DNA of 64,000 bases, taken from positions 3,168,001 through 3,232,000 of the forward strand of contig CBDCWG010000012.1 of assembly GCA_965223345.1 (NCBI GenBank), read 5' to 3'. The translations under genes were made by a program, and so were the position numbers. Shown here in pieces: positions 1 through 11,004 of the stretch. Numbering within the stretch: position 1 is the first letter of the stretch; every line of letters starts with the position of its first letter. The notes below the pieces were generated by a model that ran no database searches, was not told where the DNA came from, and saw only the letters and a list, made by a program, of their open reading frames with translations. This stretch comes from Nitrospinales bacterium (GTDB taxonomy: Bacteria; Nitrospinota; Nitrospinia; Nitrospinales; VA-1).

Positions 1-391
1 CAGCATGGCGGTGGGCCTGGAAGCGCGTGTGCCGCTTCTGGATCACCGCGTGGTGGAGTTTTCCTGGCGGCTGCCGCTGGAATGGAAAATCCGCCACGGC
101 GAGGGAAAATGGCTGCTCAAGCAGGTGCTCTACCGGCACCTGCCCAAACCCCTGGTGGACCGGCCCAAGATGGGCTTCGGCGTTCCCATCGGCGACTGGC
201 TCAAAGGACCGCTCAAAGACTGGGCGGAGGATCTGCTGGATGCCAACCGCATGCGCGGCGAAGGCTATCTCAACCCGGAGCCGGTGCGCGCGTTGTGGGA
301 CTCGCATCTCAAGGGCGAGTGCAACTGGCAGTACCAGCTTTGGAACGTGCTGATGTTTCAAAGCTGGTTGCGCGACGGAGGCCCGCGATGA
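1..391 (+). CDS. asnB: Asparagine synthase (glutamine-hydrolysing) family amidotransferase, C-terminal part (5' truncated by window)
   Basis: LEARVPLLDHRVVEF...RPKMGFGVPIGDWL...LWNVLMFQSW C-terminal motifs; typical of polysaccharide loci. Confidence 0.85.
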   Translation, partial: SMAVGLEARVPLLDHRVVEFSWRLPLEWKIRHGEGKWLLKQVLYRHLPKPLVDRPKMGFGVPIGDWLKGPLKDWAEDLLDANRMRGEGYLNPEPVRALWDSHLKGECNWQYQLWNVLMFQSWLRDGGPR

Positions 392-1557
392 ACACGGCCA
401 CTCTCAAAATCCTCACGGTGTATTACAAGCACAAGCCGGGCGGTTTCTGCAAACGGCTGAAGATGAAAATCGACGCCTGCCTGGAGCGCGGCTGGCGCGT
501 GCATTACGTGGCGGTGCAAGCGTATCCCTACACGCACGCGAACCTGGTCCCGCACATCCTGTGGACGCCGTTTTCGAAACACGACTCGCCGCTGTTCTGG
601 ATCTGGTTTTTTATCACCGCTCCCTTTTACATCCTGTGGGTGGCCTGGCAGCAGCGGCCGGATCTGATCTCGGTGTTTTCGCCGCTGTACGCCTGCCTGT
701 GCGGCCCGGCCAAACGCCTGCTGGCCATTCCGATGCTCACGTTCATCCGCTCGCTGCCCTACCGCAGCACCGATTTCGCCTACCGCGGCTCTGCGTTTGC
801 GGCGCGGTTCGAGCGGCTGATGGACCGGCTGGGGATCGGGCTTTCCGACCGCCTGCTCGCCAATTCCGCGACGGTGCGGGACGCGATGCTGAAAAGACAC
901 CGGCGCGCCGCCGCGAAAACCGGCATTCTGACCAACCACATTCAGCCGGCCGATTTCGACAGGGACATAAAAAAACGCATCCTGGCGGAGGCGTTCTCGC
1001 TCAACCGCGATGCGTTCGTCGTCGCCACTTCGGGGATTCTGCAGCCACAGAAAAACCAGGACGTGCTCATCAAGGCGTTCGCCGCGGCCGGGCTGCCGCA
1101 GGCGGTGCTGCTTCTGATCGGCGACGGCGAAGCGAAGGAAGAACTCGAAGCGCTGGCGCGAGAATTGGGGGTCGCGGAACGCACGATCTTCACCGGCTGG
1201 CGCGACGATGTGGCCGATCTGCTGCAAGGCTCGGACCTGTTCGTGTTCGCCTCGGCGCAGGAGGGGATGTCTAACTCGCTTTTGGAAGCGCTGGCGGCGG
1301 ACCTGCCCTGCTTTGTCAGCGACACGCCGGAAAACCGCGACGTGCTGCAAAACCCGGTGCAGTTCTTTCCCGCGGACGCTCCGGAAACGCTGGCGCAAAA
1401 GATCCGCCGCGCGGCGGAGGACGGCGAGTATTACCGGCAGCTCAAGGCCTCGACCGCGATCGATAAAGAACGTCTGGTGTTCGACTGGGCGGCCGCCGTG
1501 ACCGGTGAGATCGAGGGGCTGGTGACTGAAAACTCAAAGAAAAGCGGGATCGGGTAG
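388..1557 (+). CDS. Glycosyltransferase family 4 (GT-B)
   Basis: KNQDVLIKAF, FTGWRDDV, EGMSNSLLEALA motifs; ATG at 388 overlaps the asnB stop (ATGA). Confidence 0.9.
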   Translation: MNTATLKILTVYYKHKPGGFCKRLKMKIDACLERGWRVHYVAVQAYPYTHANLVPHILWTPFSKHDSPLFWIWFFITAPFYILWVAWQQRPDLISVFSPLYACLCGPAKRLLAIPMLTFIRSLPYRSTDFAYRGSAFAARFERLMDRLGIGLSDRLLANSATVRDAMLKRHRRAAAKTGILTNHIQPADFDRDIKKRILAEAFSLNRDAFVVATSGILQPQKNQDVLIKAFAAAGLPQAVLLLIGDGEAKEELEALARELGVAERTIFTGWRDDVADLLQGSDLFVFASAQEGMSNSLLEALAADLPCFVSDTPENRDVLQNPVQFFPADAPETLAQKIRRAAEDGEYYRQLKASTAIDKERLVFDWAAAVTGEIEGLVTENSKKSGIG

Positions 1558-1563
1558 ATTTAC

Positions 1564-1953
1564 GTGCTGGAGTCCTTAAAAAAACGGGCACGGCGTCTTC
1601 GATCGGAATGCATGATTTTGTACCGCGCCTCCAGGGATCCGGATACGCCCTGGTTCGCGAAAGCATTCCTCATTCTGGTCCTCGCGTATGCCCTCAGCCC
1701 GATCGACCTGATCCCGGATTTCATTCCGGTCCTCGGTTATCTGGACGACCTGTTCCTCATCCCTCTGGGGATTTATCTCGGCTTGAAGATGATTCCTGCC
1801 GAAATTCTTGAAAAGCACAGAAGAGAACAAGCCCTGTCTTCAGAGGAAACGCAAAAGATCGGCGCTTTTGGAAAGAAAGCGGTTTTCATTACGTGGATCT
1901 TATCGCTGCTGCTATTGATTTTTCTGGTCAGGAAATTCCTTGCCTCCGGATAG
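1564..1953 (+). CDS. YkvA/DUF1232 family membrane protein
   Basis: YALSPIDLIPDFIPVLGYLDD signature; GTG start. Confidence 0.9.
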   Translation: MLESLKKRARRLRSECMILYRASRDPDTPWFAKAFLILVLAYALSPIDLIPDFIPVLGYLDDLFLIPLGIYLGLKMIPAEILEKHRREQALSSEETQKIGAFGKKAVFITWILSLLLLIFLVRKFLASG

Positions 1954-2131
1954 CGTTTGACAGCACATCCCTTCCCATCCGTTCCACCAACAAACCTCCC
2001 CAATGCATTCCAAAAACTTCATGATCGGCCCAAAATCCATTTTGGGGCACTCCGCAAATTGCCGTGGAATCGGCAACGGCAGTTGTGTTACAACATATCC
2101 GTTTATTTCACGCTTTTTGTAAGGATCCGCA

Positions 2132-2656
2132 ATGCGCAACAAACTCGAGCACGGTCTGGAAACGACCGTTTTCAATAGCCGCTGGCTGCTGGCGCCGTTC
2201 TACATCGGGCTGGTGGTCGGCATCATTCTGCTTTTCATCAAATTCGCCCAGGAACTGTTTCATCTCGTCACGCACGTCCTCACATTGAAAGAACACGATG
2301 TGGTGATCGGCATCCTGTCGCTGGTGGACATGGCGCTGGTCGGATCATTGCTGCTGATGATCATCTTTTCCGGCTACGAGATCTTCGTGTCGAAGATCGA
2401 CGTGGCCGATCACCAGGACCGGCCGGAATGGATGGGCAAGGTGGATTTCGGTGGCTTGAAGCTGAAGGTCATCGGCGCGATCGTCGCCATCTCCGCCATC
2501 GACCTGCTCAAAACCTTCATGGAGATCCCGGCGGAGCCGAACCCGGGCAACGTGAAGATGCTGACCTGGAAGGTGGTCATCCACATGGCGTTCGTGCTCA
2601 GCGGCGTGTTCTTCGCCCTGATGGACCGCATCGCCTCGGAAACGAAAAGCCATTGA
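2132..2656 (+). CDS. UPF0114/TIGR00645 (YqhA-like) membrane protein
   Basis: SRWLLAPFYIGL...SGYEIFVSKID...LKLKV..AIVAISAIDLLK.F motifs. Confidence 0.85.
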   Translation: MRNKLEHGLETTVFNSRWLLAPFYIGLVVGIILLFIKFAQELFHLVTHVLTLKEHDVVIGILSLVDMALVGSLLLMIIFSGYEIFVSKIDVADHQDRPEWMGKVDFGGLKLKVIGAIVAISAIDLLKTFMEIPAEPNPGNVKMLTWKVVIHMAFVLSGVFFALMDRIASETKSH

Positions 2657-2680
2657 CGGCTTGAAGCAAAAAGAAAAACA

Positions 2681-2733
2681 CCTCGCGCAAAGGCGCAAAG
2701 AAAAGATTGAGACAGGATAACAGGATGAAAAGC
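2681..2733 (+). repeat. Purine-rich intergenic repeat, copy 1 (module A CTCGCGCAAAGGCGCAAAG, then module B GAGACAGGATAACAGGATG)
   Basis: Related copies at 5870-5983 (+), 6248-6368 (+), 7084-7175 (-) and a partial copy at 3179-3192 (-). Confidence 0.8.
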
Positions 2734-2751
2734 CGGGAGGTTAATTACAAA

Positions 2752-3099
2752 TCATCTTGCCTTCCAGCATTTTCGACACTGTGAATCCGTCATTTCCTTT
2801 TTGCATACTTGCATGAACTTTTTCCTGGAAACTTTTGGGTGAGACCGTGTTAACCGCCTGCAAGTACCCGCCCTGCTGGCAGGTTTGTTCCTCCCGGAAG
2901 AATCGAGGCTTCGGGGCCTGCCATCTTTGCAGTACTGGTTGTCCGGACAGGCAGAGCATTTGCCAAGATCCCCACAAATATAAGAGCTGCTATCGGAAGG
3001 ACAACTGTGCCAGCGATGGCAACCGGAACGGTGTGCACTGACATCGGTGGGAACCAAAATAAGAAAGGCCAAGAGCAAGGATAATGGATATCTTGCCAT
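2752..3099 (-). CDS. Small secreted Cys/His-rich protein
   Basis: Signal peptide, then AHRSGCHRWHSCPSD..YICGDLG; 10 Cys; lower GC than neighbours. Confidence 0.7.
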   Translation of the reverse strand: MARYPLSLLLAFLILVPTDVSAHRSGCHRWHSCPSDSSSYICGDLGKCSACPDNQYCKDGRPRSLDSSGRNKPASRAGTCRRLTRSHPKVSRKKFMQVCKKEMTDSQCRKCWKAR

Positions 3100-3178
3100 G
3101 CTGCCCCCAGGTTCAGCTCATGGATTTCTGTCTTTCCTTTTCTTCAAAGTCTGTTAATTTCCAAGCAATCCTTTCTTC

Positions 3179-3192
3179 TATCCTGTCTCAAT
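3179..3192 (-). repeat. 14-bp perfect inverted copy of 2706-2719 (ATTGAGACAGGATA)
   Basis: tatcctgtctcaat is the reverse complement of attgagacaggata. Confidence 0.75.
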
Positions 3193-3199
3193 TCTCTTC

Positions 3200-4012
3200 T
3201 CAGCGCAGGCGGTTGACGTAATCGGCGATCTGCTGCGCCTGCGGTCCGTCGATGCGTGCCAGGGTGCGGGCGAGTTCGCCCCAGGTGGTGCCGCGCGCGT
3301 TGCCGATGAGTCCAAGTGCCCGGTCGATGGGACCGACGCCGGCTTTGTAAGCACCGCCAGCAAAGTTCCAGGCTTCACCCGCATCGATCCCCCGGTCGAT
3401 GAAAAATTCGTAGAAGGATTTGAGCTGGCGCGCCGAGGCTTTCAGGTTGGATTCGGGGTGCCACACCGACCCGGCTTTGCGGTCGTCCCCCACCCGCAGC
3501 CCGAGGTCGCGCGCGTCCTGCGGCTGCAACTGGCCGAGCCCCATCGCACCGTTAGCGCCGAGCTTATCCGGGTCGAAGCCCGATTCGGCGCGGATCAGGT
3601 TCTGGAAGAACGAACCGGGGATGTTCTGGCTCGCGCCGATCATGCCCGCCAGCGCGGGCAGCGACGAGAAATTCCCCGCCTGCGTGCTTTCCAGCGCACC
3701 GAGCAGGCTGCGGCTGGCTTCGACCTCATAAAATTTTGCGGCGATTTTGGGATTGGTGATGCTGGGAGCGGTCTGGGCTGGGTCTTTGCGGTCCAGTGCC
3801 TGATTCATGATCAGGCGGTATTCGGAGTACAGGTTGAAGGGGGCCTGGGAACCGGGCGCGCCTTCCGTCCAGGCGGACAGCATGCGGCGCTGGGCTTCGT
3901 ACAGCAGGGCCTGAAACGCGAGCTTTTCCTTCGGGCCGGGCGTAGGGTTGCCCGTGCGTTTCGCTTCGGTCTTCTGCAGCCCGTCGCCGCCGACGGGTTC
4001 GATGCCGGCCAT
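3200..4012 (-). CDS. Lytic transglycosylase (SLT domain) protein
   Basis: IRAESGF (catalytic Glu), GAMGLGQL, NLKASARQL, AYKAG motifs in the C-terminal half. Confidence 0.8.
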   Translation of the reverse strand: MAGIEPVGGDGLQKTEAKRTGNPTPGPKEKLAFQALLYEAQRRMLSAWTEGAPGSQAPFNLYSEYRLIMNQALDRKDPAQTAPSITNPKIAAKFYEVEASRSLLGALESTQAGNFSSLPALAGMIGASQNIPGSFFQNLIRAESGFDPDKLGANGAMGLGQLQPQDARDLGLRVGDDRKAGSVWHPESNLKASARQLKSFYEFFIDRGIDAGEAWNFAGGAYKAGVGPIDRALGLIGNARGTTWGELARTLARIDGPQAQQIADYVNRLR

Positions 4013-4302
4013 TCTCGCCTCCTGCGCGGAGGGCGCGTGTGCTCACGCCGTACTCAGTTTTCTGACCAGGCGCGAACCGTTTCGCCGCGCCCCGCTTCGC
4101 AAAAACTTTGACGTTTGTCCCGCACCACTCACAAAAGCAAGCCCTGTGCCGTCGATCCTGAAAGGATACGGGCTCTGCGAAGTCAAACACTTGCATTCCG
4201 GCCGTCACATTGGCAAAACCCGCCGCTGCCGGGAAATTTGACGCCCTGCCCTGTCATCCTGCCAACACCAGGAGTTCAGCACGCGGTTGGTATTCATGAA
4301 GA

Positions 4303-4362
4303 TTGTCATGCTGAGCCTGTCGAAGCATGAGCCTGCACCCTTCGACAAGCTCAGGGTGACAA
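4303..4362. repeat. REP-like palindromic doublet (TTGTCATGCTGAGCCTGTCGAAGCATG / inverted TTGTCACCCTGAGCTTGTCGAAGGGTG)
   Basis: Two 27-nt arms in inverted orientation (22/27) downstream of lipA; third copy at 39472-39498. Confidence 0.8.
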
Positions 4363-4376
4363 GCAGCCCTGCCCTT

Positions 4377-5279
4377 TTACCCTGCCTGCGGATCGCGGTG
4401 CAGGAACCCGGCCTGTTTCTCGGCGTGGTAGGAGCTGCGCACCAGCGGGCCGGATTCCACGTGCTCGAACCCCAGCGACCGGGCGATTTCGCCATAGCGG
4501 GCGAAGGCGTCCGGATGCAGGTATTCCGCCACCTCCATATGGTCGCGCGTAGGCCTGAGATACTGCCCGAGCGAGACCATGCGGCAGCCGACTTCGGCCA
4601 GGTCGTGCAACGTCGCAATCACTTGCTCCTCGGTTTCGCCGAGCCCCAGCATGAGCGAGCTTTTGGTGATGCAATCATATTCCTCGCGCGCGATCTTGAG
4701 AGTCGCCAGCGACCACTCGTAGCGGCACTGCGGCCGCACGCGGCTTTGCAGGGCGCGCACGGTTTCCAGATTGTGCGCCAGCACGCCGGGCCGCGCCGCG
4801 CACACGGTGCCGATGGCGTCGGCATCGCCGCGGAAATCCGGGATCAGCGCCTCCACCTGCGTTCCGGGGCAGCGATCCCGCAGCCGGTTCAGGGTTCGCG
4901 CCCAATGCGCCGCGCCGCCGTCGGGCAGGTCGTCGCGGTCCACCGAGGTGATGACGGCGTAACGCACAGCCAGTTTTTCGATCATCGCCGCCACCTCTTC
5001 GGGCTCCTCGGGCCGGGGCGGTGCGAGGTTGCCGGTGGGAACGTCGCAGAAGCGGCAGGCGCGCGTGCAGGTGCCGCCCAGGATCATCAGCGTCAGCGTG
5101 CCGGCGTTCCAGCACTCGCCGATGTTGGGGCAGGAGGCGGACTCGCACACCGTGTGCAGGGCGTGCTCGCGCACCAGCGATTTCAAACGGGCGTAATTAT
5201 CCCCGCCGGGCAGCGGCACCTTGAGCCAGTCAGGGAGCCGTCGTTTGCGTTGCGGTTCGGGGGCCTGGGTATCGGGCAT
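4377..5279 (-). CDS. lipA: Lipoyl synthase
   Basis: CESASCPNIGEC and CTRACRFC motifs; C-terminal PLVRSSYHA. Confidence 0.97.
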   Translation of the reverse strand: MPDTQAPEPQRKRRLPDWLKVPLPGGDNYARLKSLVREHALHTVCESASCPNIGECWNAGTLTLMILGGTCTRACRFCDVPTGNLAPPRPEEPEEVAAMIEKLAVRYAVITSVDRDDLPDGGAAHWARTLNRLRDRCPGTQVEALIPDFRGDADAIGTVCAARPGVLAHNLETVRALQSRVRPQCRYEWSLATLKIAREEYDCITKSSLMLGLGETEEQVIATLHDLAEVGCRMVSLGQYLRPTRDHMEVAEYLHPDAFARYGEIARSLGFEHVESGPLVRSSYHAEKQAGFLHRDPQAG

Positions 5280-5417
5280 GCGATGCTTTCTCGTTCAGGT
5301 TGCGATTCGGCGGCGGAGGGTAATTTCCGCCCCGCGCCGGAGATCATAGTATAATCGGTTGCAGAAAAAATAACAGCCCGCGTGGCACGGCGCGGCCTTC
5401 ATGGGGAGCACAAGGAC

Positions 5418-5867
5418 ATGCTGAAAGCCAAAGACATCATGACGCGCGATGTGATCACGGTCAGACGGGACACGCCGATCAGCCAGTTGTCGCATCTTTT
5501 CATCCAGCACGGCATCAACGGCGTGCCGGTGGTGGACGACGACGGCAAGCTGGTGGGCATCGTGACGCAGGGGGACCTGATCGAGCAGAACAAGAACCTG
5601 CACATCCCCACGGTGATCACGCTGTTCGACGCGGTGCTGTTCCTGGAGAGCGAGAAGAAATTCGAGGACGACGTGAAGAAACTCACCGGCACCAAGGTGG
5701 AGGACATCTACAACAAGAAGGTCGTCACCGTCACGTCGGAAACAGATATAGCGGACATCACCACCATCATGGCGGAGAAAGAAATCCACACCCTGCCCGT
5801 GGTGGACGACGGCAAACTGACCGGCGTCATCGGCAAGCTGGATTTGATCAAAGGGATGAGTCAGTAG
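5418..5867 (+). CDS. CBS domain pair protein
   Basis: Two CBS repeats (VPVVDDDGKLVGIVT / LPVVDDGKLTGVI); ATG at 5418. Confidence 0.9.
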   Translation: MLKAKDIMTRDVITVRRDTPISQLSHLFIQHGINGVPVVDDDGKLVGIVTQGDLIEQNKNLHIPTVITLFDAVLFLESEKKFEDDVKKLTGTKVEDIYNKKVVTVTSETDIADITTIMAEKEIHTLPVVDDGKLTGVIGKLDLIKGMSQ

Positions 5868-5869
5868 AA

Positions 5870-5983
5870 AATTAGACCGGATGGACAGGATAAAGGCAAA
5901 AGCGGGATAACCGCAAAGACGCAAAGAGCGCAAAGAAAAACAGGCAAAAGAAAGTTTGTACTAAGTCTAGGATTGCCCCCTTT
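5870..5983 (+). repeat. Purine-rich intergenic repeat, copy 2 (module B, module A, tail TACTAAGTCTAGGATTGCCCCCTTT)
   Basis: Degenerate direct repeat of 6248-6368. Confidence 0.75.
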
Positions 5984-5996
5984 CAATGAGATCAAT

Positions 5997-6236
5997 ATGC
6001 GATTGCTCGACGGCGATAACGATAAAAGTCTTGATGAGGTTTTTCTTTATCTAACCCCCAAAGAAGCAAAAGAATTGGTTGATTCTTTAAAGGGGTTACT
6101 TGAAAAACCAAATGGGAATCATAGTCATATTTCCAGTCAAGATCACAAAAAGGAGTTAACGGTTTGCATTTATGACGATAATTCGCTCGATGGTTTTTCT
6201 GAACGTTCAAAAAAGTTAATCACTGAAGATGAATGA
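5997..6236 (+). CDS. Small acidic hypothetical protein (low GC)
   Basis: Open 79-aa frame MRLLDGDNDKSLDEVFLYLT...HSHIS...ELTVCIY between two direct repeats; AT-rich. Confidence 0.7.
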   Translation: MRLLDGDNDKSLDEVFLYLTPKEAKELVDSLKGLLEKPNGNHSHISSQDHKKELTVCIYDDNSLDGFSERSKKLITEDE

Positions 6237-6247
6237 GGAATGCAAAG

Positions 6248-6368
6248 AATCAGACAGGGTTGGCTGGATAAAAACAAAAGCGGGCTCGCGCAAAGGCGCG
6301 AAGGCGCAAAGGAAAACCAGAGAGAGAAAAGCAGGGAAGTATTTACTAATTCAAGATTTGCCCACTTT
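6248..6368 (+). repeat. Purine-rich intergenic repeat, copy 3 (module B, module A, tail TACTAATTCAAGATTTGCCCACTTT)
   Basis: Direct repeat of 5870-5983; 6285-6311 is a 26/27 inverted match to 7138-7164. Confidence 0.8.
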
Positions 6369-6379
6369 CTTAATTGGAG

Positions 6380-7096
6380 TTATCCGAAATGCTGACAATA
6401 AATTATGAAATTATAAAATGAATGGATTATATAGGCGCTTCCTAATTGACTGTTCAAATAAATAATAGAACTAAAAATTGACCCAAATAAAATATATAGC
6501 AACTGAGAAATGCTGTATCCAAAATGCAATAGAGTTTCAATAATGGCCGTCAATAGCACTGCGACAATAATCGGCCATTTACTCCTGAAGATTTCTAGAT
6601 AAAATTTTCTATATAATAACTCTTCCAAAAACGGCCCAACCAGAACCAGCTCAACGAATAAAATAGAAAGTTGTATATCATTTAAAGAATTAATTTCTTT
6701 TATATATTGGCTGCTTTGGTATTTTTGCACTTCTCCACTTAATTCAATTATTACCAAAACAACAAACAATCCAACGGCAACCACCAAAATATCTCGTTTT
6801 TTGAATATAAAATCAGATTTGCCAAGCCCACCGTACCGAAGTAAAAAAAAGATACTAACCAAGAAAAACTTTATGATTATTATTTGGTATCCAATAAATA
6901 ACGGCGAGGTCGATTTGAAAAATTTAATCAATGCCGAGTTGATAAAAGGTTCAATGTAAATCAACCCAAATAGCAAAATTACGCTAATTCCAACATCTCT
7001 TAACGCTTCCGCTTTTCGGCTTGGTCCCGCCGCACTGCAAGCTTTGCTTAAAACTGGCCTTTCCTGATCCGGATCCAGGTTTCCGCTTTTATCCAT
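6380..7096 (-). CDS. CPBP (CAAX protease/Abi) family intramembrane glutamic endopeptidase, low GC
   Basis: GPFLEELLYR, LLH and HSFYN motifs; multiple TM segments; very AT-rich; start uncertain. Confidence 0.8.
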   Translation of the reverse strand: MDKSGNLDPDQERPVLSKACSAAGPSRKAEALRDVGISVILLFGLIYIEPFINSALIKFFKSTSPLFIGYQIIIIKFFLVSIFFLLRYGGLGKSDFIFKKRDILVVAVGLFVVLVIIELSGEVQKYQSSQYIKEINSLNDIQLSILFVELVLVGPFLEELLYRKFYLEIFRSKWPIIVAVLLTAIIETLLHFGYSISQLLYILFGSIFSSIIYLNSQLGSAYIIHSFYNFIIYCQHFG

Positions 7097-7175
7097 TTTT
7101 CATCCTGTCCATCCTGTCTCCCAATCTTCTCGCTTTTCTTTGCGCCTTCGCGGCTTTGCGCGAGGCCGCTTTTTT
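7084..7175 (-). repeat. Purine-rich intergenic repeat, copy 4 (module A, then module B)
   Basis: Minus strand reads CCTCGCGCAAAGCCGCGAAGGCGCAAAGAAAAG...GAGACAGGATGGACAGGATG, just after the pyrG stop. Confidence 0.8.
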
Positions 7176-7182
7176 TCAGCTT

Positions 7183-9600
<2,418 letters not shown>

Positions 9601-9611
<11 letters not shown>

Positions 9612-11004
9612 GGCGGTGGAACCATCCTTTCCACAGGGTCATGAAAATGATCTTGAGATCGAACCCCAGCGACCAGTTCTTGATGTAGTACAGGTCGCAT
9701 TCGATGCGCTGGTGCAGGCTGGTGTTGCCGCGCCAGCCGTTCACCTGCGCCCAGCCGGTGAGCCCGGCTTTCATTTTCAGCCGCAGCATGTAGTGCGGGA
9801 TCGAATCCTTGAACTCCTTGATGAACACCGGCCGTTCCGGCCGCGGTCCCACGAGACTCATGTCGCCTTTCAGCACGTTGAACAACTGCGGCAGCTCGTC
9901 GAGGCTGGTCTTTCTGAGGAACGCGCCGATCCCGGTGCGGCGGGCGTCGTTCTCACTGGCCCAAACGGGCCCGGTCTCCTTTTCGGCTTCCGGTGGCATG
10001 GAGCGGAACTTGAGCATGGAGAACACCTTCTGGTCGAGCCCCATGCGCTCCTGCCGGTAAAACACCGGTCCTTTGGATGACAGCTTGACCGCACAGGCGA
10101 TCAGCAGCATGAAGGGCGCGGTCACGCAGATCGCGAGCGACGAAAGCACAATGTCCGAGGCGCGCTTGATGACGACGTTCCAGCCGTAGAGCGGCGATTC
10201 CGCGAGGTTGACGATGGGCAGCCCGTCCAGTTCCTCGACACCCGACTGGATGTTCATGTACTTGAACAGATCGGGCACCACCTTCACGTCCACGGTCTCG
10301 CTCTTGAGGTACGACAGCACCGCCTCCAGCTTATCATGGGCCTGAAGCGGCAGAGCGATGAACAACTGGCTCACCTTGTTCTCGGCGATCACGCGAGAGA
10401 GATCTTCATACAGCCCCAACACCGGCGTGTCCGCCACGGTCGTCCCCACCTTGTCCTTGTGGCGCGTGAGAAAGCCGACCACCTGGAATCCGATCTCGGG
10501 ATGCCGGCGCAGCTTTGAGACCACGGTCTGTCCCAGCTCCCCGGCTCCGACGACCAGCACGTTCTGCAGGTCCCAGCCGCGGCCGCGCACCACGGTCAAA
10601 AACCGGCGCACCAGCCAGTGCGAGAGGATCATCAGCGCCGTGACGATCACCCAGAAATACAGGGTCACGATGCGGGAGTAGCTGAACTCGCGGTAAAAGA
10701 AGGTCAGCGCCGTCAGCACCAGCACCGAAAAGGAGGTGACCTTCAGGATCGAGAGGGCCTCGCTCGCGCCCGGCCTGTCGCCGCGCGGACGGTACAGGCC
10801 CAAAGCGCGGATGGTGATCATGAATACGATCCATATGGGAACGAGCGCCTCGACATAACGGGCCAACGGCGGAACTCCCAGCGTCACCGGAAAGATCTGC
10901 AATTCGAACCGGATGAAATACGCCAACAACCAGGAAGAAAGGATGGCCAGACTGTCAGAAACTACCAGGGCGGAAAGAAATAGTTGACCGTGTTTCTTCA
11001 GCAT
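9601..11004 (-). CDS. Undecaprenyl-phosphate glucose phosphotransferase (WcaJ-like priming sugar transferase)
   Basis: N-terminal TMs; [39 protein letters not shown]. Confidence 0.92.

Noticed and set aside
82..387. N-terminal extension of the first glycosyltransferase
   Set aside because: Overlaps asnB; the ATGA coupling at 388 is the natural start
3200..4012. SLT gene as a prophage or conjugation marker
   Set aside because: No phage or type IV secretion genes nearby; host-like GC content
5870..6368. CRISPR array or integron attC interpretation of the repeats
   Set aside because: Repeats are long, degenerate and non-palindromic with gene-sized spacers; I found no RYYYAAC...GTTRRRY pairing and no cas or intI gene
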